DNA of 64,000 bases from an uncultured beta proteobacterium (GCA_963734595.1 CAVTHV010000016.1:152250-216249), one strand, 5' to 3'. Positions 10,269 through 21,361 are shown, counted from the stretch's first letter. Numbers and translations: made by a program. Notes: a model not told the origin generated them from the letters alone.

Positions 10269-10774
10269 CGCGACGGGCCATCGAAGTAGTCGACGCGCGC
10301 GGCGTTGAGGCCGCTCGCCTGCGCGCTATTCTCTGCGTCTGCTTTGGACACCGCGTAGCGATCGAGCAGCTTCAGCTGATCGCCGTTGAAGCGCGCCTGG
10401 CGCAGATCTTCTTCGCCGATCCCGCGCACGCCCATCGCGCTGGTGACATTGACGTTCTCGCGCGGGCCGACCAGCCGCCCGAGCACCGAAGCGCCGCCCG
10501 CCTCCGCTCCCGGCTGCGCCGACGCGAAACGCACGTTGAAGGAAAACAGCCAGCCCGCCGCGCCCGGCGTCTTGAGATTGATCCACGCGCCGCTCTTCGC
10601 CACGGCCTCGCCGGCCGTGCCCTTCTTCAGGTTCGCCACGACCGGGGAGTCGAGCCGCGCTTCGGAATACAGCGGCGTGTCGCGCTCGACCGTGACCGGC
10701 TGCGCCGCGGCGGTGACCGCCGCGAGCGGGGCGAGGAGCGCGATCGCGCAACGCAACCAGAACAGCAACGGCAT
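10265..10774 (-). CDS. Exported SH3b-like domain protein
   Basis: Signal peptide; TPLYSEARLDSPVVANLKKG...WINL...GWL; overlaps the M48 gene start. Confidence 0.7.
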   Translation of the reverse strand: MPLLFWLRCAIALLAPLAAVTAAAQPVTVERDTPLYSEARLDSPVVANLKKGTAGEAVAKSGAWINLKTPGAAGWLFSFNVRFASAQPGAEAGGASVLGRLVGPRENVNVTSAMGVRGIGEEDLRQARFNGDQLKLLDRYAVSKADAENSAQASGLNAARVDYFDGPSR

Positions 10775-10894
10775 GACGGAGAATTCCTTTTTGCTGCGAA
10801 CCGGGAAAAAATAACACAAAGCAACAGGCGGCGATACGATGCGCCCGCGCCGGCCGCGTTGTCAATCTCCGCGGTTTCGGATAACGTCCGACGC

Positions 10895-11581
10895 GTGAAT
10901 TCCGCCAAACGCCACGAAATTTTCACGCGCCTGCGCGCCGCCAATCCCGCGCCGCGCACCGAACTCACATACGCTTCGCCGTTCGAACTGCTGGTCGCCG
11001 TCGTGCTGTCGGCGCAGGCCACCGACAAGAGCGTCAATCTCGCCACGCAAAAGCTGTTCCCCCATGCGAATACGCCGGAACGAATCCTGGCGCTTGGCCA
11101 GAGCGGGCTCGAGCAGCACATCAAGAGCATCGGCCTCTACCGCACCAAGGCCAAAAACATTCTCGCCACCTGCAAACTGCTGCTGGAACAACATGGCGGC
11201 GAGGTGCCGCAAACGCGCGAGGCGCTGGAGAGCCTGCCGGGGGTCGGGCGCAAAACGGCGAACGTGATCCTGAACACCGCGTTCGGCCAGCCGACGATCG
11301 CGGTGGACACGCATATCTTCCGCGTCTCCAACCGCACCGGCATCGCGCCCGGAAAGAACGTGGAGGAAGTCGAACGCAAGCTGCTCAAGTTCGTGCCGGA
11401 CGAGTTCAAGCACGACGCCCATCACTGGCTGATCCTGCACGGCCGCTACGTGTGCGTGGCGCGGAAGCCGAGGTGTTCGGCGTGCCTCATTAACGATTTG
11501 TGCGAGTTCACGCACAAATCCAGGGACTGGGGCTGGGGGCTAGGGACTAGGGGAAAAGTAAACACCTGTCCCTCGGAGTAA
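10895..11581 (+). CDS. nth: Endonuclease III
   Basis: LLVAVVLSAQATD, LPGVGRKTAN, VDTH, CVARKPRCSAC...C; last ~20 aa are encoded by the repeat cassette. Confidence 0.95.
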   Translation: MNSAKRHEIFTRLRAANPAPRTELTYASPFELLVAVVLSAQATDKSVNLATQKLFPHANTPERILALGQSGLEQHIKSIGLYRTKAKNILATCKLLLEQHGGEVPQTREALESLPGVGRKTANVILNTAFGQPTIAVDTHIFRVSNRTGIAPGKNVEEVERKLLKFVPDEFKHDAHHWLILHGRYVCVARKPRCSACLINDLCEFTHKSRDWGWGLGTRGKVNTCPSE

Positions 11582-11673
11582 AATCAAAATAGCGACCAGA
11601 CTGAACATTCGTCCCTGATCCCCAACCCCTAGCCCTTGATCCCTAGCCCCCAGTCCCCAGCCCCTAGTCCCTG
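11521..11673. repeat. Inverted heptamer cassette, AGGGACT/GGGGCT family
   Basis: CAGGGACTGGGGCTGGGGGCTAGGGACTAGGGG ... about nine GTCCCTG/GCCCCTA-type units; terminal IR CAGGGACT/AGTCCCTG. Confidence 0.9.
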
Positions 11674-11675
11674 AA

Positions 11676-12110
11676 ATGTTCAGCCCTTCCCGCGACGAAG
11701 CCCGCCGCTTCTTTTTCGACACCTGGGGAAAATACCGGCGCGGCGAAGCGCTCAGCGGGCTCGAACGGCCCGCGCTGGCGGTGATCAGCCTGCATCCCGA
11801 ATATCACGCGCTGCTCGATGCGCCGGAGCGTCATCTCGAACGCGACTTCCTGCCGGAAGACGGCGGCATCAACCCGTTTCTGCACCTGTCGCTGCACCTC
11901 GCGGTGGAGGAACAGCTTTCGATCGACCAGCCGGCCGGGATACTCGCGCTGTATCAGCGCCTGCTGCAGAAGACGGGTGCGGAGCACGATGCCAAGCACG
12001 CGCTGCTCGAATGCCTGGGGGAAATGCTGTGGCAGGCGCAGCGCCTCAACGCCGCGCCCGATCCGAAGATTTACCTGGCGTGCCTGGAAAAGAGGGCCGG
12101 ACAGCCCTGA
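11676..12110 (+). CDS. DUF1841 family protein
   Basis: MFSPSRDEARRFF, HPEYH, NPFLHLSLHL..EQ.SIDQP; usual neighbour of nth. Confidence 0.85.
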   Translation: MFSPSRDEARRFFFDTWGKYRRGEALSGLERPALAVISLHPEYHALLDAPERHLERDFLPEDGGINPFLHLSLHLAVEEQLSIDQPAGILALYQRLLQKTGAEHDAKHALLECLGEMLWQAQRLNAAPDPKIYLACLEKRAGQP

Positions 12111-12126
12111 TCAGATGGGGGGGGTT

Positions 12127-12255
12127 CGTCGTCCCCGCGAAGGCGGGGACCCAGTATGTTGTTAGAGTGGCCCCCATCCTAGGCCCCCTCGCGTGCGGCG
12201 CAGGCTCTCCCCCCGCAAGCAGGGGAAGGGGATACCCGCCTTCGCGGGAATGACG
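12127..12255. repeat. REP/dRS3-like paired palindromes (copy 2) with a nested second palindrome type
   Basis: CGTCGTCCCCGCGAAGGCGGGGACCCAG ... GGATACCCGCCTTCGCGGGAATGACG; inside, CCCCCATCCTAG...CTCTCCCCCCGCAAGCAGGGGAAGGG. Confidence 0.85.
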
Positions 12256-12260
12256 CAAAT

Positions 12261-12280
12261 AAAACGGGCAGCGCCCGTTT
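12261..12280. terminator. Possible bidirectional intrinsic terminator hairpin
   Basis: AAACGGGC-AGC-GCCCGTTT between convergent DUF1841 and cytochrome c genes; U-tails are short. Confidence 0.55.
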
Positions 12281-12282
12281 GA

Positions 12283-12618
12283 TCAGCGTTTGTCTACGAG
12301 GCCCTGCTGGTGCGAGAAATACCCGGCCAGATCGGCGATATCGCGCTGCGACAGCTTGGCCGCCTGCGGCGCCATGATCGGGTTCTTGCGCGCGCCGGAC
12401 TGGTAATCTTTCAGCGCCCTGACCAGATAATCTTCATGCTGGCCGGCCAGCCGCGGAAAGTCCGGTGACTGGCTGTTGCCGTCCGGACCGTGGCACGCGG
12501 CGCAGACCTTGGATTTTTCCTTGCCCGCGTCCGACTCGCCCGCCATCACCGCGCTGCTGGCAAACAGGACCGCACAGCATCCGGCCCAGAAAAGTGTTTT
12601 CGTCGATAGGTTTTTCAT
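12283..12618 (-). CDS. Cytochrome c553/c4-like monoheme cytochrome
   Basis: Signal peptide, CAACHG, PRLAGQ, RKNPIM. Confidence 0.9.
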   Translation of the reverse strand: MKNLSTKTLFWAGCCAVLFASSAVMAGESDAGKEKSKVCAACHGPDGNSQSPDFPRLAGQHEDYLVRALKDYQSGARKNPIMAPQAAKLSQRDIADLAGYFSHQQGLVDKR

Positions 12619-12633
12619 TGGCCTGTTCCCGGA

Positions 12634-12982
12634 TTACTTGGCCGCCGGCTTCGCCGGACCGGAAGAATAATATGCCGCGAGATCCGCCATGTCCTGGTCG
12701 GAAAGTCCGCCTGGCGATCGCCCTCATCGAGGGATGGCTGCGCGCGCCTGATTTGTATTCCTGCAGCGCGTTGACGATATACGCGGCGTGCTGTCCGCCC
12801 AGCCTCGGCACGCTGTACACCTCGGGGAACGCGGTCCGGTAGTCGGGGATGCCGTGGCAGCCGATGCACATCGAGTTCTTCTGCGCGCCTGCGGCCGGAT
12901 CGCCGGTTGCGGCCTGGACGCCGCCTGCAGCGGCGACGCACATTGCGGCGGCTGCGATGCTGAGAATTTTCCTGGACTTCAT
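12634..12982 (-). CDS. Monoheme cytochrome c (frameshift near 12710)
   Basis: Signal peptide, CIGCHGIP, VPRLGGQ, RSHPSM; continues in a shifted frame as SDQDMADLAAYYS...K-stop. Confidence 0.85.
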
Positions 12983-13088
12983 TTCGGTCGGTTTCCTCCG
13001 GTTTTTCGGGATATTTCTTCGGCGGCGATTATACATGAAAAGCCCCGGATATCACCGGCATTGCCCGGCGGCTGCGCTATGGCCGATA

Positions 13089-14855
13089 ATGCAGGCAGCC
13101 CGTCACCCTGCCAGAAAATTGAACCCGCCCACCTCCCCGCCTTCCCGCTCCTGGCCGTCGAAGCTGTTCCCTTTTCTGCTCTGGCGGCCGCTGCTCACGC
13201 GGGACGCGCTGCGCGCGGACACCATCGCCGGCCTCACGGTTGCGCTGCTGGCGATACCCCAGTCGCTCGCCTACGCCCAGCTCGCCGGCCTGCCGGCCTA
13301 CTATGGCCTCTACGCGGCGCTGATCCCGGCGGTGGTCGGGGTCATGTGGGGCTCCTCCGGCATCCTGTCCACCGGCCCGGTGGCGATGACCTCGCTGCTC
13401 ACCGCGGCGAGCATTGCGCCGCTCGCGATGCGGGGAAGCCCGGAGTTCGTGTCCTTCGCGATCCTGCTCGCGCTGCTGTCGGGACTGTTCCAGATCGCCT
13501 TCGGCCTCTTGCGCATGGGCACGCTGCTCAACTTCCTGTCCTATCCCGTGCTGATGGGATTCATCAACGCCGCGGCGATCATCATCGGCCTGTCGCAGCT
13601 GCCCACCATCCTCGGCATTTCGGTTTCCCAGTCCAACCACCTGCTGACCGACACCTGGCGCGTGATCACCAATATCGACTCGCTGCACGAAATCTCGCTC
13701 GCCTTCGGCCTCATCGCGCTCGCCGGCCTGTTCGCCTTCCGGAAATACGCGCCGCGGCTGCCCGGCGCGCTGATCGTGGTGGCCGCGCTCACGGTCGCGA
13801 GCTATTTCATCGGCTACGAGAAGATGGGCGGCCGCGTCGTCGGCGAAATCCCCGCCGGGCTGCCGAGCTTCGCCACGCCGCCGCTCGACTGGCACGCGAC
13901 CATCTCGCTGCTGCCCGCGGCGTTCGTGATCGCGCTGATCAGCTTCATGGAGGCGATGTCGAGCTGCAAGGTGATCGCCATCAAGACGCGCACCGCCTGG
14001 GACGACAACCAGGAGCTGATCGGCCAGGGGCTGGCCAAGGTGGCGGCGGCGTTCAGCCAGTCGATGCCGGTGAGCGGCTCCTTTTCGCGCTCGGCGCTCA
14101 ACCTGTCGGCCAACGCCAAAACCGGGGTCTCGTCGCTGATCGCCGCGGCGTTCGTGCTGCTGACCCTGCTGTTCTTCACATCGCTGCTGCATCATCTGCC
14201 CAAACCGGTGCTCGCCGCGATCATCATCACGGCCCTGCTCAACCTCGTCGATTACAAGAGCATCGCGAAATCGTGGCTGGCGCGCCGGGACGACGGCGTC
14301 GCCGCGGTGATCACGTTCGTCACGACGCTGGCGTTCGCGCCCAACATCCAGGTCGGCATTCTCACCGGCATCATGCTCTCCCTCGCGCTGCTGCTCTACC
14401 GGATGATGCGGCCGCGGGTCGCGGTGCTCGGCATGCACGAAGACGGCACGCTGCGCGACGCGGACTATTTCCAGCTGGCCGCGCTGCATCCGAAGCTCGG
14501 CGCGATCCGTTTCGACGGCTCGCTGGTCTTCGTCAACGTCGCCTATTTCGAAGAGGCGATCCTGAAGCTCGAGCGCCGCAACCCCGACCTCAAGTGCATC
14601 CTGGTGGCCGGCAACGGGATCAACGATCTCGACACCTCCGGCGTCGAAATGATCTCGAACCTGGTGGAGCGGCTGCGCGCGAGCGGCATCACGCTCGCCT
14701 TCAGCGGCATGAAGCGGCAGGTGCTGCAGGTCATGGAGCGCACCAACCTGCCGCGGATAATCGGCAGCGAGAACATTTTCCCGACCGACCGGCTCGCGCT
14801 CGACACGCTGCGGGCCGCGCTCGACAACCAGTCCACCGATGGAGGTGCATCATGA
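13089..14855 (+). CDS. SulP family anion transporter with STAS domain (start uncertain)
   Basis: DTIAGLTV..IPQSLAYA.LAGLP.YYGLYA, NQELIGQG, GSFSRS, STAS DTSG. Confidence 0.92.
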   Translation: MQAARHPARKLNPPTSPPSRSWPSKLFPFLLWRPLLTRDALRADTIAGLTVALLAIPQSLAYAQLAGLPAYYGLYAALIPAVVGVMWGSSGILSTGPVAMTSLLTAASIAPLAMRGSPEFVSFAILLALLSGLFQIAFGLLRMGTLLNFLSYPVLMGFINAAAIIIGLSQLPTILGISVSQSNHLLTDTWRVITNIDSLHEISLAFGLIALAGLFAFRKYAPRLPGALIVVAALTVASYFIGYEKMGGRVVGEIPAGLPSFATPPLDWHATISLLPAAFVIALISFMEAMSSCKVIAIKTRTAWDDNQELIGQGLAKVAAAFSQSMPVSGSFSRSALNLSANAKTGVSSLIAAAFVLLTLLFFTSLLHHLPKPVLAAIIITALLNLVDYKSIAKSWLARRDDGVAAVITFVTTLAFAPNIQVGILTGIMLSLALLLYRMMRPRVAVLGMHEDGTLRDADYFQLAALHPKLGAIRFDGSLVFVNVAYFEEAILKLERRNPDLKCILVAGNGINDLDTSGVEMISNLVERLRASGITLAFSGMKRQVLQVMERTNLPRIIGSENIFPTDRLALDTLRAALDNQSTDGGAS

Positions 14856-15184
14856 GCATCCGCCTGATCTTCTCCCTGGCGATCGTCGTGCTCGCCATTG
14901 TTTTCGCGCTGCAAAACGCCGCGCCGGTGACGGTGATGTTCGTCATCTGGCGTTTCGACAGTTCGCTGGCGCTGGTCCTGGCAGGGACGTTCGTTCTGGG
15001 CGCCCTGCTCGCCGCGCTGTTGACCACGACGGCGTCGGTGCGGAAAAGCTGGAAGCTGTCGAAGCAGGAGCGCAAGGGCGGCGAACTCGAACAACGGGTG
15101 ACCGAACTCGAGCAACTCGTCGCAGCGAGGGACCGGCGGATCGCCGAACTCGAACCGCGCAAAGACCGGCCCTCTCTTTCCTGA
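14852..15184 (+). CDS. LapA family membrane protein
   Basis: VFALQNAAPVTVMF..W...SLALVL plus a coiled-coil tail; ATGA overlap with SulP. Confidence 0.75.
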   Translation: MSIRLIFSLAIVVLAIVFALQNAAPVTVMFVIWRFDSSLALVLAGTFVLGALLAALLTTTASVRKSWKLSKQERKGGELEQRVTELEQLVAARDRRIAELEPRKDRPSLS

Positions 15185-15213
15185 AGCGGCCAGCCGGTTA
15201 GAATGGGGCGCTC

Positions 15214-15781
15214 ATGGCCAATCGACTGACGAAGATTTACACCCGCACCGGCGACGACGGCACGACCGGCCTCGTCCGACGGCTCGCGCGTGGCGAAGGA
15301 TGCGCTGCGCGTCGAGGCGATGGGCGCGGTGGACGAACTGAACGGCAGCATCGGCGTGCTGCTGGCCGAAGACATGCCCGACGCCGCGCGCGCCTGCCTG
15401 CTCGACGCGCAGCACGACCTGTTCGATCTCGGCGGCGAGCTGAGCCTGCCCGGTCATCCGATCCTGGCCGAAGCGCATGTCGCGCGGCTCGAGGCCGCGC
15501 TCGATGACTTCAATGCGAAACTGCCGCCGCTCAAGGATTTCATCCTGCCCGGCGGCTCGCGCGCGGCGGGCCTCGCCCATGTCGCGCGCACGGTCTGCCG
15601 CCGCGCCGAGCGCCGGCTGGTCACGCTGTCGCATCAGGAGCCGGTGTCGCCGCTCACGCTGCAATACCTGAACCGGCTCTCGGATCTCCTGTTCGTGCTC
15701 GCGCGGGCGCTCAACCGCCACGCCGGCCGCGGCGATGTGCTGTGGCAGCAGGGGAAGAATCGCGGAAAGACCAAAGATTGA
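15214..15781 (+). CDS. PduO-type ATP:cob(I)alamin adenosyltransferase (frameshift near 15275)
   Basis: KIYTRTGDDGTTGL; GAVDELN, QHDLFDLGGEL, FILPGG, RTVCRRAER, YLNRLSD. Confidence 0.92.
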
Positions 15782-16083
15782 ACCGCCAAGGACCGCCAAG
15801 AACGCCAAGAAGATCAAAAGCGAAGACACAGAAGGACACGAGGCACGAAGAAAAATCAAAATAATTAACCGCCAATGAATACTGCGATGCTTGCTCAGAC
15901 GTACTTTTCGAGCCAGGATAGGCATTAGCTCGAGTTCTTAATTCATTTTTCTTCCTGGCGGTTCATTTATTCTTGCTTTTGCTTTGGCGTCTTGGCGGTT
16001 CATCAATTTTTGAATTTCTTGGCGTGCTTGGCGGCCTTGGCGGTTCAATTTTATTTTTTGATTTTCTGACGTCTTGGCGGTTT
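15773..16083. repeat. Compound CGCCAAG-family inverted repeat cassette
   Basis: AAAGATTGAACCGCCAAGGACCGCCAAGAACGCCAAGAAGATCAAAAGCGAAGACAC... (homologous to 4477-4560); several right arms CTTGGCGGTT, including TTGAATTTCTTGGCGTGCTTGGCGGCCTTGGCGGTTCAAT. Confidence 0.9.
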
Positions 16084-16992
16084 CTTCTGACTCTCTCCAG
16101 ATGCTTCGCAGATCGCCCTCGCCCCTCCCACGATCCGCGGCGTCTGCCGCTGGATTTCATCCGGATCGACGTAAAACCGCGGTAAATCCCGCAGCGCTTC
16201 GACCGCCGAAGCCCGCCACTCCGCGACGAACTCCTTCTCCCCGCCCGCCGAACCGCCGCCGAGGATGACCTCGGGCCGCGCCGCCAGCACCGCTTCGGTC
16301 GAAACCTGCGGCGTCAGCGCCGGTGCGCCGGCGAACACGTTGCGCCCGCCGCACAGGGCGATCACGTCGCTGATGATGTGGTTGCCATTGATCGTGAGAA
16401 GCGGCCGGTGCCAGATCTCGTAGAACACGCGCAGCGGCGGACGCCCGCCGTATTTCTCGCGCAGTTCGTTGATTTCATTGTTAAATTTGTCATTCACTTG
16501 CTGCGCGACGCGCTCCGTTCCTGCCAGCACGCCCACCGCGCGCACGAGGCGCGGGATGTCCGCGAGCCGCGCGGGTTCGGTGACGAACACCGGGAAACCG
16601 AGCTGCTCGAGCCGCGCCACGTCGCTCACCTGATTGCCGCTCTTCCACGCCAGGATGAGATCCGGTTTGAGCGCGAGGATGCGCTCGAGATCGACGCGCG
16701 AACCGTCACCCACGCGCGGCAGGCGCCTGGCCGCCTCGGGAAAATCGCTGAACCGTGCGACGCCGACCAGCCGCCCGCCGGCGCCTGCGGCAAACACGAT
16801 CTCGGCAAGATGCGGCGCGAGCGTCACGATGCGCTGCGCCGGAGCAGGCAGCGCGAACGCGTTGCCGCGATCGTCGGTCACTGACGACGCCGCGGCCGCA
16901 ACCTGTTGCAGCAGCAGCGCGGCGCCGAGCGCGAAAACGGCGCGGCGCCACAGGCGCGGCCGGGTCCGGTATTGCAAGTCGGGGGATAACAC
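16051..16992 (-). CDS. btuF: Cobalamin-binding periplasmic protein BtuF-like (C-terminus uncertain, runs into repeat)
   Basis: DDRG...PAQRIVTLAPHLAE, SDFP, ERILALKPDL, W.SGN, CGGRNVF, TPRI. Confidence 0.8.
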   Translation of the reverse strand: MLSPDLQYRTRPRLWRRAVFALGAALLLQQVAAAASSVTDDRGNAFALPAPAQRIVTLAPHLAEIVFAAGAGGRLVGVARFSDFPEAARRLPRVGDGSRVDLERILALKPDLILAWKSGNQVSDVARLEQLGFPVFVTEPARLADIPRLVRAVGVLAGTERVAQQVNDKFNNEINELREKYGGRPPLRVFYEIWHRPLLTINGNHIISDVIALCGGRNVFAGAPALTPQVSTEAVLAARPEVILGGGSAGGEKEFVAEWRASAVEALRDLPRFYVDPDEIQRQTPRIVGGARAICEASGESQKKPPRRQKIKK

Positions 16993-17025
16993 CGCTACGG
17001 CGTAAAACCGGGGATGGAAGAGAGA

Positions 17026-17562
17026 CTACCTCTCCATGTACTTGAGCAGCTTGGCGCTGGTCTGGCGCAGCCGCAGCGACAGCATGCTGACCAGCTTGAC
17101 CAGGATCTTGGAACCGAGCTCGGGATGGTCGAGGATGATTTTCGCCATGTTGTCGCGGGTGAGCACGGCGAAGGTGGTGGTTTGCGTCGCGAGACAGGTG
17201 GCGAACCGCGGCTCGCCGTCGATCATCGACATCTCGCCCAGCGTCATGCCCGGCCCGACGCTGGTCATGTGCTGCTGCTCCATGCGCACGCCCTTCTTGA
17301 GGATGTCGACCTCGCCCTCGATGATCAGCAGCATGTAATCGCCGGAATCGCTTTCGCGGATGATGACCTCGCCCGGCTGCGCGCGGTAGACGTCCATGTA
17401 GCCCGCCAGAAACGAGATGTCTTCGCGGCTGAACTCGGCAAAAAACGGCGACCGCCCGACCAGGCCGTAGATCTGGTCGGTCAGGGCCGTTCCGCTGCCG
17501 ACCCGCTCGAGGTTGAGCAGCCGGTTCTGATCGGAAGCGGTTTCAGATTCATCCTGCGCCAT
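17026..17562 (-). CDS. Cyclic nucleotide-binding domain protein
   Basis: IIRESDSGD...GEV.I...GEMSMIDGEPRFATC; no HTH. Confidence 0.85.
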   Translation of the reverse strand: MAQDESETASDQNRLLNLERVGSGTALTDQIYGLVGRSPFFAEFSREDISFLAGYMDVYRAQPGEVIIRESDSGDYMLLIIEGEVDILKKGVRMEQQHMTSVGPGMTLGEMSMIDGEPRFATCLATQTTTFAVLTRDNMAKIILDHPELGSKILVKLVSMLSLRLRQTSAKLLKYMER

Positions 17563-17659
17563 TTTGCTCGCCCATCGTCATCAACGATTATCGGGAAAAG
17601 CGCCAGCCCCGGTCCAGTTCAAACGCCGCCCCGGGAAAACGGCGGCCACCCGCAGCGCG

Positions 17660-18730
<1,071 letters not shown>

Positions 18731-18778
18731 GTCAGTCCAAAGCTTGTGAAATCAACGCATTATAGCAGGATGCGGGAA

Positions 18779-18893
18779 GAGTGAGCGAGTGGGCGGAGGG
18801 TTGAGTGGATAGTGGGGAACAGGCGAGCAGCAGAATAGCGGCGCGCGAAGCGCTCGCTCTTTCCATTCACCATTCACTCATTTACTATTCACT
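18779..18893. repeat. Degenerate inverted heptamer cassette, AGTGAAT family
   Basis: Right arm CCATTCA-CCATTCA-CTCATTTA-CTATTCA-CT; left arm decayed GAGTGAGC/GAGTGGG/GAGTGGA/TAGTGGG. Confidence 0.6.
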
Positions 18894-18899
18894 GCTGTT

Positions 18900-20375
18900 C
18901 TAGACGGTGCCGCCGACGGTCAACCCGTCGATCCTCAGGGTCGGCTGGCCGACCCCGACCGGCACGCTCTGGCCTTCCTTGCCGCAGGTGCCCACGCCCG
19001 GATCGAGCGCGAGGTCGTTGCCGATCATCGTCACGCGGGTGAGCGCGTCCGGGCCATTGCCGATCAGCGTCGCGCCCTTGACCGGGTAGGTGAGCTTGCC
19101 GTCCTCGATCATGTAGGCTTCGGAGGCGGAAAACACGAATTTGCCGTTGGTGATGTCGACCTGGCCGCCGCCGAAATTGACCGCGTACAGGCCGTTCTTG
19201 ACCGAGGCGATGATCTCCCCGGGATCGCTGCCGCCGTTGAGCATGTAGGTATTGGTCATGCGCGGCATCGGGATGTGCGCGTACGACTCGCGCCGGCCGT
19301 TGCCGGTCGGGGCCACTTTCATCAGCCGCGCATTGAGGCTGTCCTGCAGATAGCTTTTCAACACGCCGTTTTCGATCAGCACGTTGCACTGCGTCGGGTT
19401 GCCTTCGTCATCGACGTTGAGCGAGCCGCGCCGCTGCGCCATGGTGCCGTCGTCGACTACGGTAACGCCGGCCGCGGCGACGCGCTCGCCGATGCGGCCG
19501 CTGAAGGCCGAGGTGCCTTTGCGGTTGAAATCGCCCTCGAGCCCGTGGCCGATCGCCTCGTGCAGCAGCACGCCCGGCCAGCCCGGGCCCAGCACCACGG
19601 TCATCGTCCCCGCCGGCGCCGGCCGCGCATCGAGATTGACGAGGGCCTGATCCACCGCTTTTTTTGCGTAGTCCTGCAGCACGGCATCGGTGAAATACGC
19701 GTAGTCGAAGCGCCCGCCGCCGCCGGCGCTGCCCTGCTCGCGCCGGCCGCCCTGCTCGACGATGACCTGCAATGACACCCGCACCAGGGGCCGCACGTCG
19801 GCAGCCGTCACGCCGTCGCTGCGCGCCACCAGAACCACTTCGTATTCGCCGGCAAGATAGGCCATCACCTGGGTCACGCGCGGGTCGAGCGCGCGGGCCT
19901 GACGCTCCAGCCGTTCCAGCAGCGCAACCTTGTCCTGGTCTTTGAGACTGGCCAGCGGATCGCGCGGCAGATACAGCTGGTGTCCGTCGTTGCGCCTGAT
20001 CACCTGCGCCGATCCGCCGCTGCCCTGGCGCGCGATGGCGCGCGTCGCCTGTGCCGCCGTGGAAAGCGCGCCGAGACTGATGTCGTCGGAAAACGCAAAC
20101 GCGGTTTTCTCGCCGCTGACCGCGCGCACGCCCACGCCCTGGTCGATGCTGAAGCTGCCGGACTTGACGATGCCTTCCTCGAGGCTCCACGATTCGCTGC
20201 GGCTGTACTGAAAATAGAGATCGGCGTAATCGACGCGGTGCGCCATGATCTCGCCGAACACCGACTGCAGCCGGTTGCCGTCGAGCGCGTAGGGGGCGAG
20301 CAGGATTTCGTTCGCCGTCGCGAACGGGGTTTCGAGCTTCGGCTTACTGGCTTGCGGTCTGGTCTCTTGCTTCAC
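18900..20375 (-). CDS. tldD: Metalloprotease TldD
   Basis: [52 protein letters not shown]. Confidence 0.96.
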   Translation of the reverse strand: MKQETRPQASKPKLETPFATANEILLAPYALDGNRLQSVFGEIMAHRVDYADLYFQYSRSESWSLEEGIVKSGSFSIDQGVGVRAVSGEKTAFAFSDDISLGALSTAAQATRAIARQGSGGSAQVIRRNDGHQLYLPRDPLASLKDQDKVALLERLERQARALDPRVTQVMAYLAGEYEVVLVARSDGVTAADVRPLVRVSLQVIVEQGGRREQGSAGGGGRFDYAYFTDAVLQDYAKKAVDQALVNLDARPAPAGTMTVVLGPGWPGVLLHEAIGHGLEGDFNRKGTSAFSGRIGERVAAAGVTVVDDGTMAQRRGSLNVDDEGNPTQCNVLIENGVLKSYLQDSLNARLMKVAPTGNGRRESYAHIPMPRMTNTYMLNGGSDPGEIIASVKNGLYAVNFGGGQVDITNGKFVFSASEAYMIEDGKLTYPVKGATLIGNGPDALTRVTMIGNDLALDPGVGTCGKEGQSVPVGVGQPTLRIDGLTVGGTV

Positions 20376-20470
20376 TGTGATCTCGATTCGGGCTCAATAG
20401 GTGTAACTGCCTGGATGACCGATTGTACATGGCACCGCATTGCCGGAATTCAACCGCGCCTGCATCCAGA

Positions 20471-21361
20471 TTAACACCGGTGCAGGGTGCGGTGGGTGAG
20501 CGCCGGCAGGCTCTGGCGCAGACGCCGGAGATGGTCGAGATTCACCCCGCCGATCACCACTCCGGAGCCGCGTGGCAGCCGGTCGAGCACCACGCCCCAG
20601 GGATCGACGATCATGGAATCGCCGTGCGTTTCGCGGCCGTTGATGTGGTAGCCGCCCTGCGCCGGCGCGAGCACATACGCGAGGTTTTCGATCGCGCGCG
20701 CCCGGATCAGGGTTTCCCAATGCGCCTTGCCGGTGGTTTCGGTGAAGGCCGAAGGCACCAGGATGATGTCGACTTCCTTCATCGCGCGGTAGAGCTCCGG
20801 GAAACGCAGGTCGTAGCAGATCGAGAGCCCGAGCCGCCCCACCGGCGAGTCGACGGTAACGACATCCGTGCCCGGCTCGATGGTGCGCTCCTCGCTGTAA
20901 TTTTCCTCGCCCATCTTGAAGCCGAACAGGTGGATCTTGTCGTAGCGCGCGGCGAGCTTTCCCTTGTCGTCGAAGACCAGGCAGCTGTTGCGCACTTTGG
21001 TTGCCACCGATGACGTGAGCGGCACCGAGCCGCCGACCAGCCAGATTTTGTATTTCTTCGCCGTTGCGGACAGGAACGCCTGTATCGGACCCTTGCCCTC
21101 TTCCTCGCGGATCGTCACCTTGTCGCGCTCGCGCATGCCCATGATGGCGAAATACTCGGGCAGCGCGACGAGCTTCGCCCCGCGCTCCGCCGCAATCTCG
21201 ATCAGGCGCCGCGCCTCGTTGAGATTGCCCTCGATATTGGACCCCGAGGCCATCTGCACCGCCGCGATCCGCGCCAGTTCGGACTGCGGTCCGGCGACTT
21301 TGACATGGGGTTTCGCCTGCCCGAAAGAGGACTTTGGTCTGGGGCTCATGTAATTACTCAC
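20471..21361 (-). CDS. Carbon-nitrogen hydrolase (Nit1-like deaminated glutathione amidase)
   Basis: LPEYF, RYDKIHLF, SICYDLRFPE, RARAIEN; yhdP-nit-tldD order. Confidence 0.92.
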   Translation of the reverse strand: MSNYMSPRPKSSFGQAKPHVKVAGPQSELARIAAVQMASGSNIEGNLNEARRLIEIAAERGAKLVALPEYFAIMGMRERDKVTIREEEGKGPIQAFLSATAKKYKIWLVGGSVPLTSSVATKVRNSCLVFDDKGKLAARYDKIHLFGFKMGEENYSEERTIEPGTDVVTVDSPVGRLGLSICYDLRFPELYRAMKEVDIILVPSAFTETTGKAHWETLIRARAIENLAYVLAPAQGGYHINGRETHGDSMIVDPWGVVLDRLPRGSGVVIGGVNLDHLRRLRQSLPALTHRTLHRC

